Below are positions 40,759 through 48,954 of a DNA stretch of 64,000 bases, in pieces. The notes under the pieces were generated by a model, which did no database searches, was not told the DNA's origin, and saw nothing but the letters and a program-made list of their open reading frames with translations. Every line of letters starts with the position of its first letter. The stretch's first letter is position 1. This DNA is from Abditibacteriaceae bacterium (GTDB lineage Bacteria; Armatimonadota; Abditibacteriia; Abditibacteriales; Abditibacteriaceae): positions 864,001 through 928,000 of the forward strand of contig OZ255721.1 of assembly GCA_965277285.1 (NCBI GenBank), in the 5' to 3' direction. A program made the position numbers and the translations under genes.

Positions 40759-41649
40759 ATGAAGACACAAAAGACGCAGAAGACCGTTGTTCGCGGAATG
40801 GTGGCGGCAGTCGCTCTGGTATTGGCGGGCGGCGCTTTGCCCAAGGTCGCGCAGGCCGATACGCCGGGCGAGCATCCGCATTATTTGCACGCCTTATCCG
40901 ACTTGCGCCAGGCGCGCGCTTACATTGTCGGGCGCGACGAGAACAACGTGATGGGCGACGAAATGGATTCGCTGGTTCACATCGACAGCGCGATCCGCGA
41001 CATCAAGGGCGCTGCGATTGACGACGGCAAAAACTTGCGCGACCATTTTCCAATTGATGCCAGCCTCGGCCACAAAGATCGCCTGAAGCGCGCCCTGACT
41101 TTGATCGCTGCCGCGCACCGCGATTTGTCTTACGAAGAGGACAACAGCGCGGCTTTGAGCTGGCGCCATCGCGCTTTTGGCGATGTGGACGCGGCGTATC
41201 GCGCCGATCAGCGCGCGATTCAGGCCGATTACCGCGATGACAACGGCAACCGCAATCAAGGGCGTCATCCGCATTATTTGCACGCTTTGTCCGATCTGCG
41301 AGCCGCTCGCGCTTATGTGGTGGGCGAAGACGAGAATAACGTAATGGGCGACGAAATGGACGCATTGACGCATATCGATAGCGCGCTTGGTGACATCAAA
41401 GGCGCCGCGATTGATGATGGCAAAGACTTGCACGACCATTTCCCGATTGACACCAGTTTGCGCCACAAAGATCGCTTGAAGCGCGCTCTGGCTTTGCTGT
41501 CCGCGGCGCACCAGGATTTGTCGTTTAACGAGGACAACGGTGCGGCACGAGGCTGGCGCAATCGCGCCTTTGGCGATGTGGATGCCGCCACGCGCGCCGT
41601 TCGCCGCGCCATCTCCGATGATCACCGCGACGACCGATTCAATCAATAA
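40759..41649 (+). CDS. Secreted helical protein with two tandem about 130-aa domains
   Basis: Signal peptide; HPHYLHALSDLR.ARAY...AAIDDGK.L.DHFPID occurs twice; GGAGG SD. Confidence 0.85.
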   Translation: MKTQKTQKTVVRGMVAAVALVLAGGALPKVAQADTPGEHPHYLHALSDLRQARAYIVGRDENNVMGDEMDSLVHIDSAIRDIKGAAIDDGKNLRDHFPIDASLGHKDRLKRALTLIAAAHRDLSYEEDNSAALSWRHRAFGDVDAAYRADQRAIQADYRDDNGNRNQGRHPHYLHALSDLRAARAYVVGEDENNVMGDEMDALTHIDSALGDIKGAAIDDGKDLHDHFPIDTSLRHKDRLKRALALLSAAHQDLSFNEDNGAARGWRNRAFGDVDAATRAVRRAISDDHRDDRFNQ

Positions 41650-41929
41650 CACGAGCGCGACTTACATAAACAGCGAGGAAGAAACAATCTCTTCCTCGCT
41701 GTTTTCATGCGTTTACCTGCTTTGTTCGAGTACTCGATTGTGCTCAAACCAGTTCCAAACGGGAACACAGAGGCTTCGCCTACACGGATTGAACGGATGA
41801 ACACGGATTTGGTTGAATTTAATTCCGATCTGTGTTTACCCGTTTAATCCGTGTCGCGCAGCGCCGTGTTCCCTGTTTTATCCAAATCTAAGAATCAGTT
41901 TGCAAAGTTCGTGATGCGTGGAAATTATT

Positions 41930-42001
41930 AGTTTGTCATTCTGAGCGCAGCGAAGAATCTATGTGAAGTTAGATTCTTCGCTGCGCTCAGAATGACAAAC
42001 T
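41930..42001. repeat. REP-like inverted repeat, family A
   Basis: Arms identical to the 3215 copy. Confidence 0.9.
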
Positions 42002-42041
42002 GCTACTTTCCAACATTGTTTTTTGCTTTGCAAACTGATTC

Positions 42042-42992
42042 TTAGAAGTCACCGCCACCGAAATCGCCTCCAGAATCTCCGCCGCCGAAGTCACCACCGA
42101 AGTCCCCGCTGGCATCGCCGCTCGCGCCGCTGAAATCGCCTGCGCCGGGGTCGCCATAAGGGTCAACGGCGGCTCCTGGATCGCCATAAGGATCAACCGC
42201 TGCGCCCGGGTCGCCATATGGATCGTCGTTGCTGGTCAGGCCGCCGTTGTCGTCTATCGCGGCGTTCTGCGACGCATCATAATTACCCGCATCGTAATTG
42301 CTGGTGTCGTTGGGCGCGAAATTGGTGTCGTTGGCTTGCTGTGCGAAATCGCTTTGCGCGTAGTTTTCTGCGAAAGCCGAATGGTTGAAGAACTGGTTCG
42401 CAATCGCCGAACCGACGAAACCGCCCGCAATGCTGGTCAACAAACTGCCCGCCAGCATTCCGCCCATTCCCATTCCTCCGCCCATTCCGCCCATTCCGCC
42501 ACCGCCGAAACCACCCATTCCCCCGGCTTGATTGCCATAATTGTTGCCGTAATTGCCGCCCATTCCGCTGTGTCCGAACAAGCGTTCCAAAACTCCGGGC
42601 TGACGAATTTGAACGCGTGTTGCGGCGCGCGCCAGGCTGCGCGGGTCGTCGGTCAATTGAGAACGCTCGTTGTCAGGCGTGTTCTGCGCGAGTTGCTGCA
42701 ACACCATTTGGCGCTGCTCGGGTGTCAGTTGCGCGAAAGCTTCTTCGTGCGCTTGCTCCAGTGCTTCGGGCGGCGCGGTTTGCAACATATAACGATAGCG
42801 CGCCAAAGCCTGATCATCCGAAATTTGTTGCGGCGCCTGCGCATTTATCGGCGAACTGCCAAACGGTTGCGTGCCGATGTAACTCGCATTTGGCGCTTGA
42901 CCTGGCGTTTGCGGCCACGTTTGTTGCGTCACTTGATTTTGACTTTGCGGCTGTGGCTCGTCGTGCCCGAAAAGTTTGTCGAAAAAACCCAT
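42042..42992 (-). CDS. Hypothetical protein with Gly/Asp-rich repetitive tail
   Basis: MGFFDKLFG; RYRYMLQTAPPEALEQAHEEAF; DPYGDPGA x3; GGAGG SD. Confidence 0.85.
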   Translation of the reverse strand: MGFFDKLFGHDEPQPQSQNQVTQQTWPQTPGQAPNASYIGTQPFGSSPINAQAPQQISDDQALARYRYMLQTAPPEALEQAHEEAFAQLTPEQRQMVLQQLAQNTPDNERSQLTDDPRSLARAATRVQIRQPGVLERLFGHSGMGGNYGNNYGNQAGGMGGFGGGGMGGMGGGMGMGGMLAGSLLTSIAGGFVGSAIANQFFNHSAFAENYAQSDFAQQANDTNFAPNDTSNYDAGNYDASQNAAIDDNGGLTSNDDPYGDPGAAVDPYGDPGAAVDPYGDPGAGDFSGASGDASGDFGGDFGGGDSGGDFGGGDF

Positions 42993-43073
42993 GCTATTTC
43001 CTCCATGCGGCGCTCTTGCCACGTTGTTTGTGCTGAATCGAGTACTCGAAAGTCGCAATTCATGTTCCGCTAA

Positions 43074-43107
43074 AAAGGCGTGCATCGAATATTCGATGCA
43101 CGCCTTT
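43074..43107. terminator. 34-bp perfect palindrome / probable terminator with symmetric variant core TCGAATATTCGA
   Basis: AAAGGCGTGCATCGAATATTCGATGCACGCCTTT. Confidence 0.75.
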
Positions 43108-43126
43108 GGTAGCCTAACTTGTTTCT

Positions 43127-43636
43127 TTACTTCACAAAGCGGCCACCGCGCCACCGTATCACAAGGCGGGTTTTTTCATCGCCAGGATAAGTCTCATCAC
43201 GAATGACAATAGAAGTGCCGTGGCGTGACAAATACACACGGTCGTGAGCGTGCGATTTCACCCGCCATACTTGCCTTGTTACGTCTTGAAGCCGTCCATT
43301 TCGCAAACGATAAAACGTCAGAACGTCACCTTTATCAAATTGTGCATAAACTGCAAACAGTTCTGCTTTGCCATATCTAAATAGAGATGTTTGCAAATAG
43401 GGCTGCCCTGCTTCGCCGGACGTTTCAATGTAATCGTTAGCGATGTCAACAACCATCGAGCGCTTACGAAGATTTTCACGCGGTGATTCCAGAAAGTAGC
43501 TACTCGGCAGCAGCACATAATAGTCACGCACTGTGCGGTGCGTTTGTGCGGTATCGGATTCTGATTTCGACGCCGCCACTCCATGAATGCTGAACATAGC
43601 AAACACAAGAAACAAAAACAATCTAAGTTGCTTCAT
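43127..43636 (-). CDS. Secreted hypothetical protein
   Basis: Signal peptide MKQLRLFLFLVFAMF; TVRDYY.LLP...D..NDYI. Confidence 0.7.
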   Translation of the reverse strand: MKQLRLFLFLVFAMFSIHGVAASKSESDTAQTHRTVRDYYVLLPSSYFLESPRENLRKRSMVVDIANDYIETSGEAGQPYLQTSLFRYGKAELFAVYAQFDKGDVLTFYRLRNGRLQDVTRQVWRVKSHAHDRVYLSRHGTSIVIRDETYPGDEKTRLVIRWRGGRFVK

Positions 43637-43742
43637 AATAGTTCCAACCAATGTCCCATTTTGAATGTTCTTACCTCGACGCATATGGTTTCACCTATAA
43701 TCAATCTGTCAAGTACTCATTTGGAGCACGTTAAGACGTTAA

Positions 43743-44048
43743 TTACTCCTCCGCAACTATCTGTTCGATTTGAAATCCCGCCTTCGGAAAGCCCAGTTCA
43801 ACGGGGATACCTGCTCTGTGTATAGCGTCTAATTCCTCTTTGGTGAATCCCAAAGGTGTCGCCTGACCATCAACATGTTCGATCACAGTGACATCGCCGT
43901 CTTGTGAATACTGTTTGTAAAGTTTAACAAACGCATCTACACGATTTTTGGCGTCGATAACACCTGAGGTACCCAAGCCAGAGAAAACGGTTCGTCCGTC
44001 ACATAAGGCAGATGAACCTTTTGCAATTCTGAATTTGAATTTTGCCAT
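43743..44048 (-). CDS. Small hypothetical protein
   Basis: GGAG SD upstream; 101 aa; AT-richer. Confidence 0.6.
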   Translation of the reverse strand: MAKFKFRIAKGSSALCDGRTVFSGLGTSGVIDAKNRVDAFVKLYKQYSQDGDVTVIEHVDGQATPLGFTKEELDAIHRAGIPVELGFPKAGFQIEQIVAEE

Positions 44049-44184
44049 AATTAACCCTGACTCCAATTCATTTTGCTACAGTATAATTTTCAGCTTTAGC
44101 CAGACCGCGCGCAAGCGACACCACTCTTACTACGTTGCACTTTATTGGACACAATTCATAATGAGCGCATCTTCCGAAATATAG

Positions 44185-44216
44185 CAGCGAGTACTCGAAA
44201 GTTCGAGTACTCGCTG
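44185..44216. terminator. Hairpin of two overlapping palindrome variants downstream of gnd
   Basis: CAGCGAGTACTCGAA-AG-TTCGAGTACTCGCTG. Confidence 0.6.
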
Positions 44217-44234
44217 TCTGCTTATATCTAAAAC

Positions 44235-45695
44235 TTACGGCGCGGGCGTCGGAGCGGCGTCTTGAATCGCTTCTTGTCCCGTCCAATCGGTGTGGAAGCT
44301 GCCGGGTTCGTCGATGCGCTCGTAGGTGTGCGCGCCGAAGTAATCGCGTTGCGCTTGCAGCAAGTTGTGCGGCAAACGCTCGCTGCGATAACTGTCGTAA
44401 TAGTTCAGGCTGGCGCCGAAAGCTGGCACCGGAACGCCGGTCAATTGCGCGTGAGAAACCGTATCGCGCCAACCGTCCTGGCAACGCGTCAGGATTTCGG
44501 TAAAGAACGGATCGAGCATCAAGTTCTTCAACTGCGAATTGCGGCCATACGCTTCGGTGATTCTGTCCAGAAACTTCGCGCGAATGATGCAGCCGCCGCG
44601 CCAGATCGCCGCAATCGAACCCAGACCAAGCTCCCAATCGTTGGCGTCGCTGGCCGCTTTCATCAAGGCCAAACCTTGCGCATACGACACGATTTTCGAC
44701 GCATACAAAGCGTTATGAATGCTTTCGATAAAGGCTTCGCGGTCGCCGTTGAACTGGCCGTTCGTCGGGCCGGGCAACACTTTGGAAGCGTCCACGCGTT
44801 CCTGCTTCATCGACGACACATTGCGCGCTTCCACCGCCGCGTTGATGGTCGAAACGACGACGCCCAAATCGAGCGCCGACATGATCGTCCATTTGCCCGT
44901 CCCTTTTTGTCCGGCTTTGTCCAAAATCATGTCGACGAGCGCATTGGGCGTTTTGTCGTCGCGCTTGGCAAAAATGTCGCGCGTGATTTCAATCAAGAAC
45001 GATTCAAGTTCGCCCTTGTCCCACTTGTCGAACGTGTCGTGCAGTTCCTGATCGTTCAATCCGAGTACGCGATGCAGCAAATCGTAGGCTTCGCAGATGA
45101 GCTGCATATCGCCATATTCGATGCCATTGTGCACCATCTTCACGTAATGACCGGCGCCGTTTGGCCCGATATACGTGCAGCACGGATGATTCACTCCATC
45201 GACCATGACCTGCGCCGCGATTTTGGTAAAAATCGGTTCGACCAACGCATACGCCGCGGGATCGCCGCCTGGCATAATCGAAGGGCCGTGCAGCGCGCCT
45301 TCTTCGCCGCCCGAAACACCGGCGCCGATGAAGAAAATGCCCTGATCCTTCAATTCTTTTTCGCGGCGAATCGTGTCGGTGAAGAGCGAGTTGCCGCCGT
45401 CGATAATCAGGTCGCCTTTGGAAAGCAGCGGCACGATCTGCGAAATCACGGCGTCGACGGGCGCGCCGGCTTTCACCATAATCATCACTTTGCGAGGGCT
45501 GGCCAGCGAGTTGATGAAGTCCTGAATGTTCATCGCCGGCACGATGCGCTTGCCTTTGGCGCGGCTGTCGGCGAACTTTTGCGTGACGGCTGTGGTGCGA
45601 TTAAAAACCGCGACGCTGAAGCCTTTGCTTTCCATGTTGAGGACGAGGTTTTCGCCCATCACGGCCAGACCAACCAAACCGATGTCACATTGCAT
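44235..45695 (-). CDS. gnd: 6-phosphogluconate dehydrogenase (NADP, decarboxylating)
   Basis: IGLVGLAVMGENL, GVSGGEEGA, VKMVHNGIEYGDMQ, QAQRDYFGAHTYER. Confidence 0.99.
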   Translation of the reverse strand: MQCDIGLVGLAVMGENLVLNMESKGFSVAVFNRTTAVTQKFADSRAKGKRIVPAMNIQDFINSLASPRKVMIMVKAGAPVDAVISQIVPLLSKGDLIIDGGNSLFTDTIRREKELKDQGIFFIGAGVSGGEEGALHGPSIMPGGDPAAYALVEPIFTKIAAQVMVDGVNHPCCTYIGPNGAGHYVKMVHNGIEYGDMQLICEAYDLLHRVLGLNDQELHDTFDKWDKGELESFLIEITRDIFAKRDDKTPNALVDMILDKAGQKGTGKWTIMSALDLGVVVSTINAAVEARNVSSMKQERVDASKVLPGPTNGQFNGDREAFIESIHNALYASKIVSYAQGLALMKAASDANDWELGLGSIAAIWRGGCIIRAKFLDRITEAYGRNSQLKNLMLDPFFTEILTRCQDGWRDTVSHAQLTGVPVPAFGASLNYYDSYRSERLPHNLLQAQRDYFGAHTYERIDEPGSFHTDWTGQEAIQDAAPTPAP

Positions 45696-45827
45696 AAGGA
45701 ATTTCCTTTAATTTCAGATTCAAACGTCGCTTTTATTTTAACCGACAAAACCCTTTCGAGTACTCGATTGGCGCAAAACGGAACGCAAAGCACGAAAAGA
45801 CTTCTTTGCGCGGCGAGGACAACCTTT

Positions 45828-46784
45828 ATGACAACTCCAATTTCAGGCGTTCATCACGTCACAGCGATCACAGCAGACGCACAACGCAACCTCGATTTTC
45901 ATAGCGGCGTTCTGGGATTGCGCCTGGTCAAGCGAACCGTCAACTTCGACGATCCAAGTTCCTATCACCTTTATTACGGCGACGGAAGTGGTGCGCCCGG
46001 AACGATTTTGACGTTTTTCGCCTGGCCTGGCGCAACTCGCGGACGAGTCGGCAGCGGCGAAGCCGACGCCATTGCTTTGAGCGTTCCGCGCACCTCACTT
46101 CCATTTTGGCGCGAGCGTTTGGCGCACCACAAAATTGAAGCCAAGACAATCACCCGTTTCGGAGACGAAGTTCTCGCGTTCCATGACACGGACAACATCG
46201 AACTCGAATTAGTCGCAAATGATGACACACGCAGCGGTTGGGACAACGGCGAAATTCCAATCGAGTACTCGATTCGTGGCATTCACAGCGTGACGTTGAA
46301 CCAAACGAACAATGCGCGTGCGGTGGAAATGCTGAAAGGGATTATGGGGTTCGGGTTCGTCGGAGAAGAAGCCGGACGCGTGCGTTTCTCGATGGCTGAA
46401 GGGCAAGTTGCAAACAAACAAGCGGGCGCGCTGATTGATGTCGCCGCTTCCGAATTGCGTCGCGGGCAAATGGGAGCCGGAACAATTCACCACGTCGCGT
46501 TTCGCGTGGCCGATGACGCGACGCAAAACGCCTGGCGCGAAGCCTTGACGCAACACGATTTCAACGTGTCGCCCGTCATGGATCGCACTTATTTTCATTC
46601 GATTTATTTCCGCGAACCTGGCGGCGTCTTGTTTGAAATCGCCACCGACAATCCGGGTTTTGCGACTGATGAAACAATTGAAACTTTGGGCAAAAAGTTG
46701 ATGTTGCCGCCACAATATGAAAGCTCGCGGTCACAAATCGAAGCCGTTTTGCCGCCGCTGCATCTGAAATCGGAGAAATTATGA
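45828..46784 (+). CDS. Ring-cleaving dioxygenase (MhqO/A-like, VOC family)
   Basis: GVHHVTAI, LVKRTVNFDDP..YHLYYGD, GTIHHVAFR, DRTYFHSIYFREPGGVLFEIATD; true start 45828. Confidence 0.95.
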   Translation: MTTPISGVHHVTAITADAQRNLDFHSGVLGLRLVKRTVNFDDPSSYHLYYGDGSGAPGTILTFFAWPGATRGRVGSGEADAIALSVPRTSLPFWRERLAHHKIEAKTITRFGDEVLAFHDTDNIELELVANDDTRSGWDNGEIPIEYSIRGIHSVTLNQTNNARAVEMLKGIMGFGFVGEEAGRVRFSMAEGQVANKQAGALIDVAASELRRGQMGAGTIHHVAFRVADDATQNAWREALTQHDFNVSPVMDRTYFHSIYFREPGGVLFEIATDNPGFATDETIETLGKKLMLPPQYESSRSQIEAVLPPLHLKSEKL

Positions 46785-47410
46785 ATCTTCCCGTTCTATC
46801 TTTCAAACATCGCTGGATGCCCGCCGAAAACGCCGATAGCGCGCCCACGCTTTTACTGTTGCACGGAACGGGCGGCAACGAAAACGACTTGCTCGAAATG
46901 GGCGCCAGTTTGTGGCCGCAGGCGAATCGCTTGAGTCCGCGCGGTCGAGTACTCGAAAACGGCCAGGCGCGCTTTTTTCGCCGCTTGCAGGAAGGTGTTT
47001 TCGATGAAGACGATTTGAAGTTGCAAACCAACGCTCTGGCCGATTTTATCCATGAAGGCGCGACAACTTACGGTTTCGACCTTACGCGCGTGGTGGCTCT
47101 GGGTTTTTCCAACGGCGCCAATATCGCGGCAAGTTTATTGTTGCTCCATCCGCAAACGTTGTGTGGCGCAATTTTGTTGCGCGCGATGGTGCCGCTCGAA
47201 CCCGTCGGAAAAACGCCAATAAACGCCGAAGTTCTCTTGTCATCGGGCGAATTCGATCCGTTGGTTCCGCCTCAAAACGCGAATCGTCTGGCCGCACTTT
47301 TGCGCGAGCGCGGCGCCGTTGTGACGCATCAATGGCAAAATACGGGACACAATCTGACCAACGCCGACATTCAGTCCGCACAAAATTGGCTGACAAACCA
47401 CTTCGGATAG
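46781..47410 (+). CDS. Alpha/beta hydrolase (MhqD-like carboxylesterase)
   Basis: LLLHGTGGNE.DL, RFFRRL.EGVFD, GFSNGANIA. Confidence 0.93.
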   Translation: MNLPVLSFKHRWMPAENADSAPTLLLLHGTGGNENDLLEMGASLWPQANRLSPRGRVLENGQARFFRRLQEGVFDEDDLKLQTNALADFIHEGATTYGFDLTRVVALGFSNGANIAASLLLLHPQTLCGAILLRAMVPLEPVGKTPINAEVLLSSGEFDPLVPPQNANRLAALLRERGAVVTHQWQNTGHNLTNADIQSAQNWLTNHFG

Positions 47411-47532
47411 TGACGCGGACTTCGTTCGCAAAAACAACGCAAAGTTTCGCTACTTCTTTCAAAAGACAGGTTGTTTTCGCGGCGTTTTTGCGAACGAAGT
47501 CCGCGTAACTCTCCCATTTCGAGTACTCGATT

Positions 47533-48144
47533 ATGAACTTTGACATTTCCCAACTCGCGCCGCGCGATTCTTACAAACTATTGGCCGCTTTGGTGGTGCC
47601 GCGCCCGATTGCGCTGGTTACGACGCTGGGCGAAAACGGCATCGTCAACGCAGCGCCATTTTCGTTTTTCAACATGATGGGCAGCGATCCGCCGCTGGTT
47701 GTTTTCGCGCCAGGACACGGTTCGCCGCACACGGCGCACAACATTCGTCACAATCAGGAGTTCGTTGTCCACATCGTTAATGAAGAAATTGCGCAACAAA
47801 TGAACATTTGCGCGACCGATTTCCCCGAAGGTGTCAGCGAAATCGAAGCCGCTGGTTTTACGCTGGAATCGAGTACTCGAATCGTGGTTCCTCGCATCAA
47901 AGAAGCGCCTGCTGCTTTGGAATGCCGCGAGCACAGCACCATTGAAATCGGGCGCAATCGCATGATTATCGGCGAAGTGCTGCACGTTTCTGTGCACGAC
48001 GAACTGGTCGACGAACGCTTGCACATCGACCACGACAAAGCCAAAATCATCGGGCGCATGGCGGGCGGTGGAGGCGGTTATTCGCGCACCCACGACCGCT
48101 TTGAAATCGCGCGTATTTCTTACGAAGACTGGAAGAAAGGTTAA
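47533..48144 (+). CDS. Flavin reductase-like FMN-binding protein
   Basis: VVPRPIALVTT, NAAPFSFFN, IGRM.G..Y. Confidence 0.93.
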   Translation: MNFDISQLAPRDSYKLLAALVVPRPIALVTTLGENGIVNAAPFSFFNMMGSDPPLVVFAPGHGSPHTAHNIRHNQEFVVHIVNEEIAQQMNICATDFPEGVSEIEAAGFTLESSTRIVVPRIKEAPAALECREHSTIEIGRNRMIIGEVLHVSVHDELVDERLHIDHDKAKIIGRMAGGGGGYSRTHDRFEIARISYEDWKKG

Positions 48145-48268
48145 CCGCCAAGACGCCACCCAAAGGGTGCCCGAACGCCAAGAGGCTTCAAAGAGAGAGT
48201 TACAGAGTCCTCAACTCTTCTTTTCTTGGCGTTCGGGCACCCTTTGGGTGGCGACTTGGCGGTTTAAT
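48142..48268. repeat. About 42-bp inverted-repeat element
   Basis: AACCGCCAAGACGCCACCCAAAGGGTGCCCGAACGCCAAGA..TCTTGGCGTTCGGGCACCCTTTGGGTGGCGACTTGGCGGTT. Confidence 0.85.
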
Positions 48269-48274
48269 AAACAC

Positions 48275-48889
48275 ATGAAAACTCTTATCATTGTCGATGT
48301 GCAGAACGATTTTTGTCCGGGTGGCGCGCTGGCTGTGCGCGAAGGCGACGCCGTGGTTTCAATAATCAACGAACTACAGCCACACTTCGATTTGGTTGTC
48401 GCCACGCAGGATTGGCATCCCGCCGATCACAAAAGTTTCGCCGTCAATCACGACGGCAAAAACGTCGGCGAAGTGATTGAATTGGAGGGTTTGCCGCAGG
48501 TTTTGTGGCCGGTTCATTGTGTTCAAAATACAAGCGGCGCCGACTTTCATCCGCAATTGAGTACTCGAAGCATCACCAAAATCTTCCGCAAAGGCGAAGA
48601 CGAAACCATTGATTCTTACAGCGGATTTTTCGACAACGGTCACAGGCGCGCCACAGGTTTGGGCGATTGGTTGAAGGCGCACAACGCGACCGAAGTTTAC
48701 GTTTGTGGATTGGCAACCGATTATTGCGTCAAATTCACCGCGTTAGATGCGCAGCAGTTGGGCTTCCAAACGTTCCTCATCGAAGACGCCTGTCGCGGCG
48801 TGGAACTCAACGAAGGCGACATCGCGCGTTCAGTTGATGCGATGCAGGAAGCGGGCGTCAAGGTTGTACAAAGCCGCGAATTGCTGTAG
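48275..48889 (+). CDS. pncA: Nicotinamidase/pyrazinamidase
   Basis: VDVQNDFCPGGAL, TQDWHP, WPVHCVQ, DSYSGF, GLATDYCV. Confidence 0.97.
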   Translation: MKTLIIVDVQNDFCPGGALAVREGDAVVSIINELQPHFDLVVATQDWHPADHKSFAVNHDGKNVGEVIELEGLPQVLWPVHCVQNTSGADFHPQLSTRSITKIFRKGEDETIDSYSGFFDNGHRRATGLGDWLKAHNATEVYVCGLATDYCVKFTALDAQQLGFQTFLIEDACRGVELNEGDIARSVDAMQEAGVKVVQSRELL

Positions 48890-48901
48890 CCTTTGACAAC
48901 C

Positions 48902-48938
48902 AAAACGCGCTCATCGAGTACTCGATGAGCGCGTTTTT
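48902..48938. terminator. Bidirectional terminator centred on the 12-bp palindrome
   Basis: AAAACGCGCTCATCGAGTACTCGATGAGCGCGTTTTT between convergent pncA and GH92. Confidence 0.85.
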
Positions 48939-48954
48939 CGTATTTGACACCTTT

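Noticed and set aside
44262..45827. 840-aa ORF as a dioxygenase fusion
   Set aside because: The first about 520 codons are antisense to gnd; the real gene starts at ATG 45828 with a GAGG SD
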